From Holophagales bacterium (GTDB lineage Bacteria; Acidobacteriota; Thermoanaerobaculia; Multivoradales; Multivoraceae): DNA of 64,000 nucleotides. Each line of letters starts with the position of its first letter. The stretch's first letter is position 1. The stretch spans positions 449,037-513,036 of the forward strand of contig VXVC01000004.1 of assembly GCA_009836625.1 (NCBI GenBank). The letters run 5' to 3'. The translations under genes and the position numbers were made by a program. Below the pieces are notes generated by a model, which was given only the letters and a program-made list of their open reading frames with translations, ran no database searches and was not told where the DNA came from. Of the stretch, positions 37,998 through 47,751 are shown one piece after another.

Positions 37998-40502
37998 TTG
38001 CCCGTTCGACCGCTCGCGGTAGCCCTGGCCGCGGGCCTGCTCCTGCCCGTCCTTCCCCTCCGGGCCCAGGACGACGTCACTCTCGAACGGATCATGGCCC
38101 ATCCGGACTGGCTGGGTCGCCAGCCGGAGCGGCCGTACTGGAGCAGCGACGGCGACAGCGTCTACTTCCAGCGCAAGCGGGAGGGCGAGGAGACCCGCGA
38201 TCTCTACCGTATCGACCTCGAAGGGCCGGAAACGGTCCGGGTCTCCGACCGCGACCGCGCCGGCGCGGAAGCCGCGGGCGGCAACTGGGACCGCGAACGG
38301 CGCCGCCGGGTCTTCGTTAAGGCGGGCGACGTCTTCATCCGCGACCTGGACCGTGACGACAGTCTGATCCAGATCACCCGGACCGCCACAACGGAAGCCA
38401 CGCCCTTCTTCACCGCCGGCGGCGATGTCGCCTTCCGCCGGGCCGGCGTGTGGTTCGTGCGGGAGCGGGAGACCGGCCTGCTCAGACAGCCTTTCGACGT
38501 CCGGGCGGAAGACGAGCCCGAACAGGCGCGCTCCGAGCAGGACCTCAAGGCCGGCTACCTGGAGCGCCAGCAGCCGCGACTGCTCGAGATCGTCCGGCAG
38601 CGGCGCCAGCGCGAGGAACGAAGCCTGGAGGTTTCCAGGGAACGCCAGGCAGGCGACCCCAGCCGGTCGGCCCTGCCCCACTACCTGGGCAGGGAAGTGG
38701 AAGTGGCCGGCTCAGCCCTGTCGCCGGCCCTTGACCGCCTGGTCCTGCGCACCCGTCCGAAGGAGCGCGACGAGGGGCTCCGCGACAGGATGCCGAACTA
38801 CGTCACCGCCACCGGCATGGTCGAGGTCGAAGAGGTCCGCATGAAGGTCGGCACGGCGGAAACGGCCGGCGAAGCGCTGCTCCTGCTGCGCGCCGGAGAC
38901 GCGGAGCCAGTGACGCTCGACCTCTCCGTGCTGCCGGGCATCACGGACGATCCGCTGGCCGACCTGCGTGAGGTGGCACGCCAACGGAAGAAGGACCGGG
39001 AAGCCGCGGCGAAGGAGACCGGCGGCGGCGAGGACGCGGCCGATACCGAAGCGAAGTCGATCGAGCAGAAGGACGAGGACGCCGGTGAGGAGGAAGCCAA
39101 CGACAAGGAGCCCGGGCCCCGGCCGGTTCGCTTCGGCCCGGTGTCTTTCAACCGGGACGGCTCGCGTGCCGTCGTGCAGGTCTACTCGGCCGACAACAAG
39201 GACCGCTGGATCGCCGGAATCGACCTCGAAGCCGGCGAACTGGGTCCCCTGCACCGGATGTCCGACCCGGCCTGGATCAACTACGCCTTTCGCGATCTGG
39301 GCTGGCTGCCGGACGACCGCACGATCTTCTTCCTGTCCGAGGAAACCGGCTACTCGCATCTCCACGTGATGGACACGGCGACCGGCGAACGACTTCAGGT
39401 CACGGAGGGCGACTTCGTCGTCCGTTCGCCACAGGTTTCGGCCGACGGCGCCTTCCTCTACTTCGAGGCGAACAGGAACCACTCCGGGGTCTTCGACGTC
39501 TTCCGCGCGCCGGTCTCGGAAGCAGGGACCGGCGTCGTCGAACAGGTCACCTCCCTCGGCGGCCTCAACTCCTACCGACTCTCGCCGAACGACGGTCACC
39601 TCCTGATCGTCCATTCCAGCGCCAATCGGCCGCCGGAACTCTGGCTCCAGGACGCATCGCCGGGCGCCGAGGCCATCCGGTTGACTGAGACGACGTCCTC
39701 GAACTTCCTCGCTGTCGACTGGGTCGCGCCCCGCTTCGTCGAGGTGCCCTCATCGCACGTGGAGCGACCGATCCACGCCCGCCTCTACCTGCCGCCCGGC
39801 CCCGCGGAGACTCCGCGGCCGGCGGTCGTCTTCGTCCATGGCGCCGGCTACCTCCAGAACGCCCACCAGGGCTGGTCCTCCTATTTCCGGGAGTTCATGT
39901 TCCATACCCTGCTCGCCCGCCGCGGCTACGTGGTGCTCGACATGGACTTCCGCGCCTCCGCCGGCTACGGCCGGGACTGGCGCACCGCGATCTACCGGCA
40001 GATGGGCACGCCCGAAGTCGAAGACCTGGCCGACGGCATCGACTACCTGGTCGCCGAGCAGGGCGTCGACCGGGAACGGATCGGCGTCTACGGTGGGTCC
40101 TACGGAGGCTTCGTGACGTTCATGGCGATGTTCCGCCACCCCGAACTGTTCGCAGCGGGAGCGGCCCTGCGCCCGGTGACCGACTGGGCCCACTACAACC
40201 ACGGCTACACGTCGAACATCCTGAACACGCCGGAACTCGACCCGGAGGCCTACGAACGCAGCTCGCCGATCGAGTTCGCCGAGGGTCTGCAGAAACCGCT
40301 CCTGATCTGCACGGGCATGCTGGACGACAACGTCCTGTTCCAGGACTCCGTTCGTCTCGTCCAGCGCCTCATCGAGCTGGGCAAGGAAGACTGGGAGCTA
40401 GCGGTCTATCCGGCCGAAGCCCACGGCTTCGTCGAGCCGTCAAGCTGGCTCGACGAGTACCGCCGCATCCTGAAGCTCTTCGAGACCCACCTCAAACCCT
40501 AG
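37998..40502 (+). CDS. S9-family serine peptidase (prolyl oligopeptidase/acylaminoacyl-peptidase type) with N-terminal beta-propeller
   Basis: Signal peptide; catalytic Ser motif GVYGGSYGGFVTF with C-terminal Asp/His region (CTGMLDDNVLFQD, AEAHGF); TTG start. Confidence 0.85.
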   Translation: MPVRPLAVALAAGLLLPVLPLRAQDDVTLERIMAHPDWLGRQPERPYWSSDGDSVYFQRKREGEETRDLYRIDLEGPETVRVSDRDRAGAEAAGGNWDRERRRRVFVKAGDVFIRDLDRDDSLIQITRTATTEATPFFTAGGDVAFRRAGVWFVRERETGLLRQPFDVRAEDEPEQARSEQDLKAGYLERQQPRLLEIVRQRRQREERSLEVSRERQAGDPSRSALPHYLGREVEVAGSALSPALDRLVLRTRPKERDEGLRDRMPNYVTATGMVEVEEVRMKVGTAETAGEALLLLRAGDAEPVTLDLSVLPGITDDPLADLREVARQRKKDREAAAKETGGGEDAADTEAKSIEQKDEDAGEEEANDKEPGPRPVRFGPVSFNRDGSRAVVQVYSADNKDRWIAGIDLEAGELGPLHRMSDPAWINYAFRDLGWLPDDRTIFFLSEETGYSHLHVMDTATGERLQVTEGDFVVRSPQVSADGAFLYFEANRNHSGVFDVFRAPVSEAGTGVVEQVTSLGGLNSYRLSPNDGHLLIVHSSANRPPELWLQDASPGAEAIRLTETTSSNFLAVDWVAPRFVEVPSSHVERPIHARLYLPPGPAETPRPAVVFVHGAGYLQNAHQGWSSYFREFMFHTLLARRGYVVLDMDFRASAGYGRDWRTAIYRQMGTPEVEDLADGIDYLVAEQGVDRERIGVYGGSYGGFVTFMAMFRHPELFAAGAALRPVTDWAHYNHGYTSNILNTPELDPEAYERSSPIEFAEGLQKPLLICTGMLDDNVLFQDSVRLVQRLIELGKEDWELAVYPAEAHGFVEPSSWLDEYRRILKLFETHLKP

Positions 40503-40539
40503 GTCCCGCGCTGGGTGCGCCGGCGGCCCCGCCGGCCGA

Positions 40540-43500
40540 CTAGCTACCGCGTAGCGCCGGCAGCAGGTCTTCCCGGGTAACCCGTCTTACCGCCGCAAGG
40601 CTCGCCAGCGTGCCGGCTGCCAGCACCAGCAGCAGGGTGAGTCCGAGCGACAGCCACGGCACCAGCGCGTGACCGCCGAGCAGGTGCGGGCTCACCGCGA
40701 CGAGCGCCGAGGCGGCGCCCACCGTGACGCCGGCCGCCAGGAGCAGGCTGTTCTCAGCCACCACCAGCCAGGCCAGGGCGCGCCGCCAGAAGCCGATCGC
40801 CTGCATCGTTGCCAGCTCGCCCCGCCGCTCCAGCAGGTTGCGCAGCAGCACCACCGAGAGGCCCAGCGTGCCGAGCAGCAAGCCGAGTCCGCCCAGGGTC
40901 TGGAAGGTGCCGAGGTAGGTGTTCTCGACCGCCTGGAACGCCTGTAGTCGCTGGGCGGTGGGGACGGCGTCGAAACCGAAGCCGGCCAGCGTCCGCTCGA
41001 GCTCCTGCATCGTCCGGTCCTGCTCGTCCGGTTCGGTTCGCAGCAGGAAGTAGGAAGCGCCCGTCCGGCTCGGGAAGTGCCTCGCCAGGTTCGCCTCGGA
41101 GATCACGAGTTCGCTCTGGAACACGCTCTTGCGCAGAAGCCCGACCAGCCGCAGTTCGATCGTCTCCCCACGCTCCGTCTCGACCTCGATGCCCTGACCG
41201 AGCCCCGAATGGAGAATCCACATGACGGAGTTGAAATCGCCGATCGCCGGAACGATGCCGGGGCCGAGGTCCTGCTCCAGCAGTACCCAGGGCGCCTCGC
41301 CCGCCTCGGAGATGAGCGACTGGAAGCGAAAGCCCCCGCGCTCTATGAACTCCGGCGGCGCGCCGAGCAGCCGCGGCCTCTCCGGCTGGAACAGGTTCAG
41401 GCAACTGATGTCGTCGCCGGGCACCGTCCGGAAGGCAACGATCTCGGCGCGTCCGACGAGATCGGAAGCCTCCTCGCCGAAGCCCAGCTCGTAGCGTCCC
41501 TCCACGCTTGTCATGTCCGCGAGAACGGAGACATCGGACTCCGCGACCAGATCGAAACCTCCGGCCCCCGAATCCAGACTCCTCGTCTCCTCGCCGAAAC
41601 GGAGTCCGTAGGCGCCGACGGCCACGATGACGAACGACGCGCTCGCCACCAGGGCGGCGCAGAGCAGGCTCCGCCCCGGATTGAGCGAGGCGTTGGCCGC
41701 CGCCATGCTGGAGCCGGCGCGCCAGGACCAGCTCCGGAGCGGGGCTTCCGGCCGCCGGCGCAGCCAAAGTGTAAAACCGGCAAGTCCGGCGATCAGGAGG
41801 CAGGCGCCGCCGGAGAAGAACAGATAGGCGGCCGACGACGCCGGGGCAGCAGCCGACCCGCCGAGCAGGGCGACAGCGAGACCGCCGGCGATCCCCCTGG
41901 TCCAGCGCGCCCTGCGTCCCGGCGCTGACACCGCCGCCGGTCGCTCGGTGGTCTCTCCCCGCAGCAACCGGATGGGCGACACGGCCGCCAGCCGGCCGAC
42001 AGCGCCCCGGATCGCGAAGAACACGACGAGGAGCGAACCGGCGCCGCCCAGGGCCAGCGTCAGAGGCTCGACGTGGAGGTAGAGATGACTCGAACCGACG
42101 GCGGAGCGCCACAGGGTCCGGAGCGCGGCCATCATCGCGCCGGCATAGAGCACCGCTCCGCCCAGGCCGAGCAGGACACCCGCCCCGCCGAGCAGGGCGC
42201 CTTCGACCAGGAAACGCCGCCGAACCCGCTTGATGCCGTGGCCGAGCGCCAGCAGCAGGCCCATCTCGTTGGCGCGGCTCTCGGTTCCCAGACGGAAGAA
42301 CAGGCCCACCAGCAACGCTGCGGAGACGATCAGAAACAGGCTGAAACCAATGAACAGACCCCCGAAGTCGGTGGCGCCGGTGGCGCCCCGCAGGCCCGCG
42401 GCCTTGACCGCCTCGACCGCCAGACCCGCCGCGTGCAGCTCGACGCGTTCCGGCGCCTCTCCCTCGAGAGCGGCCCGGAGTTGACCCGGCGAGTCTCCGT
42501 CCGCGGGCAGCAGCCGGAACGAGGTGAGAAGACCGAAGCGGCTGGACCAGAGCTCGGCGCCGTACTCAAGGGAGACGAACAGCTTCGGGGTTGCCCGATG
42601 TTCATCCCAGTAGGCCTCGTCCTGGTCCCTGATCCGGCTGAGATCGACCGGGAAGGTCGGGTCCCAGTCGCTCATGTTGTCGGCGTCGGCTACGCCGGGA
42701 AAGTCCGGCGTCAGGGTGCGATCCGCAGCCCAGCCCGTCATCTCGACCACGCCCGCCACGGTGGCCTGAACCGGCCGCTCGACCAACTGTTCGCGATCGC
42801 CGATCACGAAGTAGTCGATCGTCAGCCGGTCGCCCTCACCGACCCCAAGGTCCTCCGCTAGGAAGGTGTTGACGAGCACCTCGCCAGGCGCGAGCGCCGG
42901 CGCCGGCCGACCGTCGGCCAGCCGCAGCACGCCGAGCTCGCCGGCCCTCCCCGTATCGAGCGCGGCGATCGTCGAGTAGGGAGCCGCGGCGCCGTTCTCC
43001 GCGCCGGTCCGGTTGGCGAGATAGGTCGAGACGCCGATCGCCTCAACACCCTGGTCCCGCGCCAGGACCTCCACCGCCCCGGCGAGCTCCTCGCCGAAGA
43101 CGATCTGGGAACTGGTGATGCGCAGGTGATCTTCCGCCTCGGCGAACGCCAGGCTGAAGTCGGCCGCCTGAGCATGGGAGCGAATCCGGCGCTCGAGATC
43201 CAGCGCCGCGGCTTCGGGTTCGCCGGCCTCCCCGAGCTCGCCCACGAGCAACGCGTTCGCCAGACCGCGCCGATCAAGCTCCCGCTGCAGGTCGCGAAGC
43301 CGCACGTAGCCGACCAGGGGCTGGCTCTGGTGGGGTGACAGCTGGAAGCGGCCGGGGCCCTCGTCCTCGAGCACGGAGACCACGCTCAGCCGCATGCTCT
43401 CCAACTGGTCCTCGGGGTCCTTCTCCCCCATCAGGCTCGCCCGCGGCGCCTCGCTCGGCCGCTCGAGGTAGAGCACGACGGAGTCGCCGGTCTCGACCGC

Positions 43501-43965
43501 CAGGGCCTCCGCAAGCGAGCGGTTGACCGCCAGCGAAGCGAAGAGCTGGCCATCGCGCCGGGACAGGTCGAGCTGCTCCGCGGCGCTCGGGAAGAAGGAG
43601 CCGAACCCGTCGTCGATCCCCTGGACGTTCACCCGGGCGGCGCGCCGGCCACTCTCCGGTTCGACGACGCTGCCCTGCATCAGGATCGCGGCCGACACCG
43701 GACCGTAACGGGCAGTGAAGGCGGCGTCGCCGGCCAGTTCGTTCCGCAGTTGCTCGCGGAAAAAGCCGGCGCCGAGAAGCGCGTGATCGATGCCGCCCAG
43801 GCGGTCGAGTGTGAGTTGGCGCAGACTTCCCCGCACCGAGTCTCCGACCATCAGGGCGCCGGTCAGTACCGAGGCCGCGACCGCCGCGGTCAGCACCACC
43901 GCGACGTTCGAGCGCCAGTAGTGACGGAGACTCGGCAAGGGGCCGGAAGGGCGAGCAACAACCAC
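40540..43965 (-). CDS. ABC transporter permease with duplicated FtsX domains (MacB-like, 1141 aa)
   Basis: Two 4-TM FtsX modules, each preceded by a large periplasmic domain. It lies 4 nt downstream of the MacB/LolD-type ATPase. Confidence 0.8.
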   Translation of the reverse strand: MVVARPSGPLPSLRHYWRSNVAVVLTAAVAASVLTGALMVGDSVRGSLRQLTLDRLGGIDHALLGAGFFREQLRNELAGDAAFTARYGPVSAAILMQGSVVEPESGRRAARVNVQGIDDGFGSFFPSAAEQLDLSRRDGQLFASLAVNRSLAEALAVETGDSVVLYLERPSEAPRASLMGEKDPEDQLESMRLSVVSVLEDEGPGRFQLSPHQSQPLVGYVRLRDLQRELDRRGLANALLVGELGEAGEPEAAALDLERRIRSHAQAADFSLAFAEAEDHLRITSSQIVFGEELAGAVEVLARDQGVEAIGVSTYLANRTGAENGAAAPYSTIAALDTGRAGELGVLRLADGRPAPALAPGEVLVNTFLAEDLGVGEGDRLTIDYFVIGDREQLVERPVQATVAGVVEMTGWAADRTLTPDFPGVADADNMSDWDPTFPVDLSRIRDQDEAYWDEHRATPKLFVSLEYGAELWSSRFGLLTSFRLLPADGDSPGQLRAALEGEAPERVELHAAGLAVEAVKAAGLRGATGATDFGGLFIGFSLFLIVSAALLVGLFFRLGTESRANEMGLLLALGHGIKRVRRRFLVEGALLGGAGVLLGLGGAVLYAGAMMAALRTLWRSAVGSSHLYLHVEPLTLALGGAGSLLVVFFAIRGAVGRLAAVSPIRLLRGETTERPAAVSAPGRRARWTRGIAGGLAVALLGGSAAAPASSAAYLFFSGGACLLIAGLAGFTLWLRRRPEAPLRSWSWRAGSSMAAANASLNPGRSLLCAALVASASFVIVAVGAYGLRFGEETRSLDSGAGGFDLVAESDVSVLADMTSVEGRYELGFGEEASDLVGRAEIVAFRTVPGDDISCLNLFQPERPRLLGAPPEFIERGGFRFQSLISEAGEAPWVLLEQDLGPGIVPAIGDFNSVMWILHSGLGQGIEVETERGETIELRLVGLLRKSVFQSELVISEANLARHFPSRTGASYFLLRTEPDEQDRTMQELERTLAGFGFDAVPTAQRLQAFQAVENTYLGTFQTLGGLGLLLGTLGLSVVLLRNLLERRGELATMQAIGFWRRALAWLVVAENSLLLAAGVTVGAASALVAVSPHLLGGHALVPWLSLGLTLLLVLAAGTLASLAAVRRVTREDLLPALRGS

Positions 43966-43969
43966 CGCG

Positions 43970-44671
43970 TCAGCCTCCGGCCGCCGGTTCTGGCGAGACC
44001 TCCCGAATCAGGCCGGCGCGCAGCTCCACCCGGCGCGGCAACCTCGCGGCCAGCTCCAGGCTGTGCGTCACGACGATCAGGGCGCTCTCCTCATCGCCGT
44101 GGAGTTCGAGCAGCAGGTCGGCTACCGAACCCGCCGTCTCTCCGTCCAGGTTGCCCGTGGGCTCATCGCACAGGACCAGACTCGGCCGGTTGATCACCGC
44201 GCGCACGATCGCCGCCCGCTGCCGCTCACCACCCGACAACTGGGCGGGCCGATGATCGATGCGGGCACCCAGGCCAACGCGCTCCAGCAGCGCCCGCGCG
44301 CGCCCTTCCGCGTCGCTCTCTCCGTTCCCGGCGGCCACGGTCGGGAGCAGGACGTTCTGCAGCATCGTGTACTGCGGCAGCAGGTAGTGATCCTGGAACA
44401 CCAGGCCGACGCGGCGGCTCCTGAAGCCCGCCAGTTCGCGCTCGGGCAGATCGTGTGCCGCCTCGCCGCCGATCCGGATGCTGCCCGAAGTCGGCGTCTC
44501 GAGAGTCGCGGCAAGATGCAGCAAGGTGCTCTTGCCGCTGCCGGACGGACCCGTGACCGCCATCGCTTCACCCGAATCGAGAGAGAAGGAGATGCCCCGC
44601 AGCACCTCGACGGCGCCCGCCTCGGTGCCGTAGGACTTCGTGACCTGCTCGAAGCGAAGGGCCTCAGCCAT
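43970..44671 (-). CDS. ABC transporter ATP-binding protein (MacB/LolD family)
   Basis: Walker A GPSGSGKST, signature LSGGERQRAAIVRA, Walker B LVLCDEPTGNLD, H-loop VVTHS. Confidence 0.9.
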   Translation of the reverse strand: MAEALRFEQVTKSYGTEAGAVEVLRGISFSLDSGEAMAVTGPSGSGKSTLLHLAATLETPTSGSIRIGGEAAHDLPERELAGFRSRRVGLVFQDHYLLPQYTMLQNVLLPTVAAGNGESDAEGRARALLERVGLGARIDHRPAQLSGGERQRAAIVRAVINRPSLVLCDEPTGNLDGETAGSVADLLLELHGDEESALIVVTHSLELAARLPRRVELRAGLIREVSPEPAAGG

Positions 44672-46028
44672 GACCGGCCGATGCTAGCGCCGGCCCGGCG
44701 ACGCCGCTTCCGCGACTAGCCAGTCCGCGCCGGTACGACGCGAGGGTTTCCGCGGCCATCAGCCCCGCCGCGTAGTGGCGGCGCACGCCCGCGATGCCGG
44801 ACCGGCCCAGGTGGCGCCGGCGTTCGGCGTCGCCCGCCAACTGCTCGACGGCGTCCGCGAGTGCCGACGGATCGCCGGCCGGCACCAGCGTGCCGCCTCC
44901 CGTCCGCTCGAGCATCTCCGGGAACGCGCCGTGGTCGGGCAGCACGGCGGGGACGCCGTTCGCCATCGCCTCGAGCGCCGGCAATCCCTTCGCCTCCCGG
45001 TAGACCGTCGGCAGCAGGAGAGCGTGCAGGCTGCACAGCAGCTCGATCTTCTGCTCGCGGGTGACCTCTCCCAGCCAGTCGAAGTGGGGCTCGAGACCCC
45101 AGTCGGTGATCCGTTGCCGTTGCTCCTCGAAGTACTTCCGGTCGCGGCCGCCGAGATAGCCCGCCGCGCGAAGACGCACCTGGCCCGGCCCCAGACGCTC
45201 GCTCAGCGCCTTGAAGGCCTCGACGGCAAGATGAAACCCCTTCTCCGGGCACATCCGCGCCAGGTAACCGATGATCAGGGGCGAATCCGGAGGTTCCGCA
45301 TCGCGACCACCGTGCCCCTCGAGCTCGATGCCCAGCCGCGCGACATCGATGCCGGCCGCCGGCAACTCGAGCAGTTCGGCCATCGTCTCCGCGTAGTAGT
45401 CGTTCGGCGCCACCAGGACGTCGACTTCGCGTACCCGCTTCCGCATCTCCTCGACCACCAGGGACTTGTGCGGCTCGTCCAGGTCCTGGAGGAAGATGTC
45501 CTCGCCCTGGAGGCCGCAAACGACCAGCGCCTCCGGAAGCGCCTCACGGAGCCGGTGGACCATCCCCACCAGCATCGAGTTCGTCAGGTGGACGACGTCG
45601 GGCCGGAACTCGCCGGCGAGCCATCTCGAGAGGCTCTGAAGCTCCGCCAGTTGACGCCCCTCCTCGCCCCGCACCATGGACAACGCGAGTTCTCCGAGTT
45701 CGCGGGCGTCGGTAGCCGACGCCGACCGTGCGACCCGGGCCAGCAACGCGGGGTTGTCCAGCAACCGGCGGATCGCCGCCGGCGCCCGACTCCACAGCGG
45801 CAGCTTCTGCTCAAGGTAGATGTTGACCGCGCCGTAGAAGACCCGGCCGTAGCTCACGTTCTCCTCGTCCGTCCGGAGAGGGGTGTAGATGGGCAGCAGC
45901 AGCGCGTTGTGCCCGCGGTGCTGGAGTTCGCGCACCAGGGTGTTGTCGTGGATGCAACTGCCGCAGAGCATGCCGCCGGCGCCAGCCGCCAGGTAGGCGA
46001 TGCGGAGCGGCTGGTCCGTACCGTTCAT
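44664..46028 (-). CDS. Glycosyltransferase family 4 (GT-B fold)
   Basis: GT4 C-terminal EX7E-type region (EAKGLPALEAMANGVPAV) and an N-terminal CGSC-containing domain. The true ATG at 46028 overlaps the symporter stop (ATGA); the 3' end overlaps the ATPase start by 8 nt. Confidence 0.75.
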   Translation of the reverse strand: MNGTDQPLRIAYLAAGAGGMLCGSCIHDNTLVRELQHRGHNALLLPIYTPLRTDEENVSYGRVFYGAVNIYLEQKLPLWSRAPAAIRRLLDNPALLARVARSASATDARELGELALSMVRGEEGRQLAELQSLSRWLAGEFRPDVVHLTNSMLVGMVHRLREALPEALVVCGLQGEDIFLQDLDEPHKSLVVEEMRKRVREVDVLVAPNDYYAETMAELLELPAAGIDVARLGIELEGHGGRDAEPPDSPLIIGYLARMCPEKGFHLAVEAFKALSERLGPGQVRLRAAGYLGGRDRKYFEEQRQRITDWGLEPHFDWLGEVTREQKIELLCSLHALLLPTVYREAKGLPALEAMANGVPAVLPDHGAFPEMLERTGGGTLVPAGDPSALADAVEQLAGDAERRRHLGRSGIAGVRRHYAAGLMAAETLASYRRGLASRGSGVAGPALASAGHG

Positions 46029-47482
46029 GGGATAAACCGGGCTACCCGCTCGGGCGTGGGCGGGCTGCTCAACAGGGAGCCGACGATCATGGCCAGGGTG
46101 GAACCCGCGAAGACGACGGCGACCGGCATGACGCCGGTGCCGCCGACGCTGTAGTCCGCATCGCCGATGCCGCGAACGAAGAACCAGGTCCAGAGCGCGA
46201 TCACCGTGAGGATCGACGCGCCCGCGCCCGCCGCCGTGCTCCGTCGCCAGTAGAGCGCCGCGACCACGACCGGCAGCAGGGAGGCGAAGCCCGTGAACGA
46301 CCACACCGAGAGCGCGAAGATGCTGCGCTCGGCGACCAGGGACAGCAGGAACACCGTCCCCACGACCCCGACGACGAACAGCCGGCCGAGCCGCACCTGG
46401 CGCGCCTCGTCCAGGTCGCCGCCCCAACGGTAGTGTCGGACGACGTCCTGGGTGAACATCGTGCCCAGGGAAAGCGACTGGGAGTCAAGCGAGGACATGA
46501 TGGCGGCGAAGACGCCCGCCCCCAGAAGGCCCGCGAGCAGCTCCGGCGCGTAGAGAGCGATCATCCGAACCAGGACGGAGTTCGAGGCCGCACCGTCGAG
46601 TCCTGGAAAGTCGATGTTCCCGAACAGCCCAAGCAGCACGCTGGGGATCCACACGACGGCGATGCAGACCGGATAGAGGACGACCGGCGCCTTGAAGGTC
46701 GCCGCCCGCTTCGCCGACAGCCAGTGCGCGAAGATGTGGGGAAAGGTCCCCACTGACAGGGGGATCAGCGTGTAGCTGAGCAGTCGCAGCGGGTGGATCG
46801 CGTCACCGCGAACCAGAAGCTCCGGCCGGCTCTCCGCGACCCGGTCGAGGGCCTGGCCTACGCCCCCGAGGCTGGTGACGATCAGGATCGCCGTCACCGC
46901 CCCGAGCAGCATGAACATCGCGGTCTGGAACGTGTTCACCCAGGCCGTGCCGCGAAGTCCCCCGCTCGTCACGTAGCCGATCACGACCCCCGACACGAGA
47001 AGACTGCCGAGCCACGACGGCGCCGCCCCGTCCGTGATCTGCCCCAGCACCACGCCGCCTCCCATGACGCCGATCAACAGATAGGGCAGGAGCAACAGGA
47101 CGAGCACGACGAAGAGCAGGAGGCCGATGCCGTCAGAGCCCCAGCGGGCGCGAACGAACTGCACCTGAGTCAGGAACCCGAGGCGTCTCCCCACGGCCCA
47201 GACGCGCGTGCCGACGAAGAAGAAGACGATCGGCACCATCAGGGCCGACGACGACGCCATCAGGGAGAAGACGCCGATGCCGATCCGGTAGGACTCCGCC
47301 GAAGCGCCGAGCAGGGCGAACGAGGTCATGTGCGTGCCGAACAGGGTCATCAGCAGCACGAACGGACCGATGGTCCGGCCGGCGACAAAGAAATCCTCGC
47401 CGGTCGCGGCCAGCCGGCGGTTGCTCCAGACTCCGATCACCAGAACCGCCGCAAGGTAGGCGAAGATGACGGTGAGAGTCAC
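46025..47482 (-). CDS. Sodium:solute symporter family (SSS) transporter
   Basis: 13 predicted TM helices; SSF signature region (FFVAGRTIGPFVLLMTLFGTHMTSFALLGASAESYRIGI). Confidence 0.8.
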   Translation of the reverse strand: MTLTVIFAYLAAVLVIGVWSNRRLAATGEDFFVAGRTIGPFVLLMTLFGTHMTSFALLGASAESYRIGIGVFSLMASSSALMVPIVFFFVGTRVWAVGRRLGFLTQVQFVRARWGSDGIGLLLFVVLVLLLLPYLLIGVMGGGVVLGQITDGAAPSWLGSLLVSGVVIGYVTSGGLRGTAWVNTFQTAMFMLLGAVTAILIVTSLGGVGQALDRVAESRPELLVRGDAIHPLRLLSYTLIPLSVGTFPHIFAHWLSAKRAATFKAPVVLYPVCIAVVWIPSVLLGLFGNIDFPGLDGAASNSVLVRMIALYAPELLAGLLGAGVFAAIMSSLDSQSLSLGTMFTQDVVRHYRWGGDLDEARQVRLGRLFVVGVVGTVFLLSLVAERSIFALSVWSFTGFASLLPVVVAALYWRRSTAAGAGASILTVIALWTWFFVRGIGDADYSVGGTGVMPVAVVFAGSTLAMIVGSLLSSPPTPERVARFIP

Positions 47483-47727
47483 CTCCGGTCCACCCCGTCG
47501 TCATCGACCTCACCGGCCAACTCGTCGAGCACATCGCCGGGCCAGGCGACCCGCACGAGCCGCCACATCGCCAGGACGACCACGGCCGAGAACAGGACGT
47601 GGTACGACAGGCCGACCGGCAAACCCAGGAACCGGCCCGGATCGTCCCAGAACCACAGGTCGTTATGCAGCAGGTACAGCGCCGGCAGCGCGGCGTAGGC
47701 CGTGACCCGGGCTGCTCCAGCCGCCAT
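47479..47727 (-). CDS. DUF3311-like small membrane protein (typical companion of SSS symporters)
   Basis: 82 aa with two TM helices and the motif LYLLHNDLWFWDDP. It overlaps the symporter start by 4 nt. Confidence 0.6.
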   Translation of the reverse strand: MAAGAARVTAYAALPALYLLHNDLWFWDDPGRFLGLPVGLSYHVLFSAVVVLAMWRLVRVAWPGDVLDELAGEVDDDGVDRR

Positions 47728-47751
47728 CGGAATCGCCCGACGACTTCCGGC

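Noticed and set aside
16228-46028. Bacillithiol-like pathway (PIG-L deacetylase as BshB, GT4 as BshA)
   Set aside because: The two genes are about 28 kb apart, no bshC-like gene is in the window, and both families are very broad.
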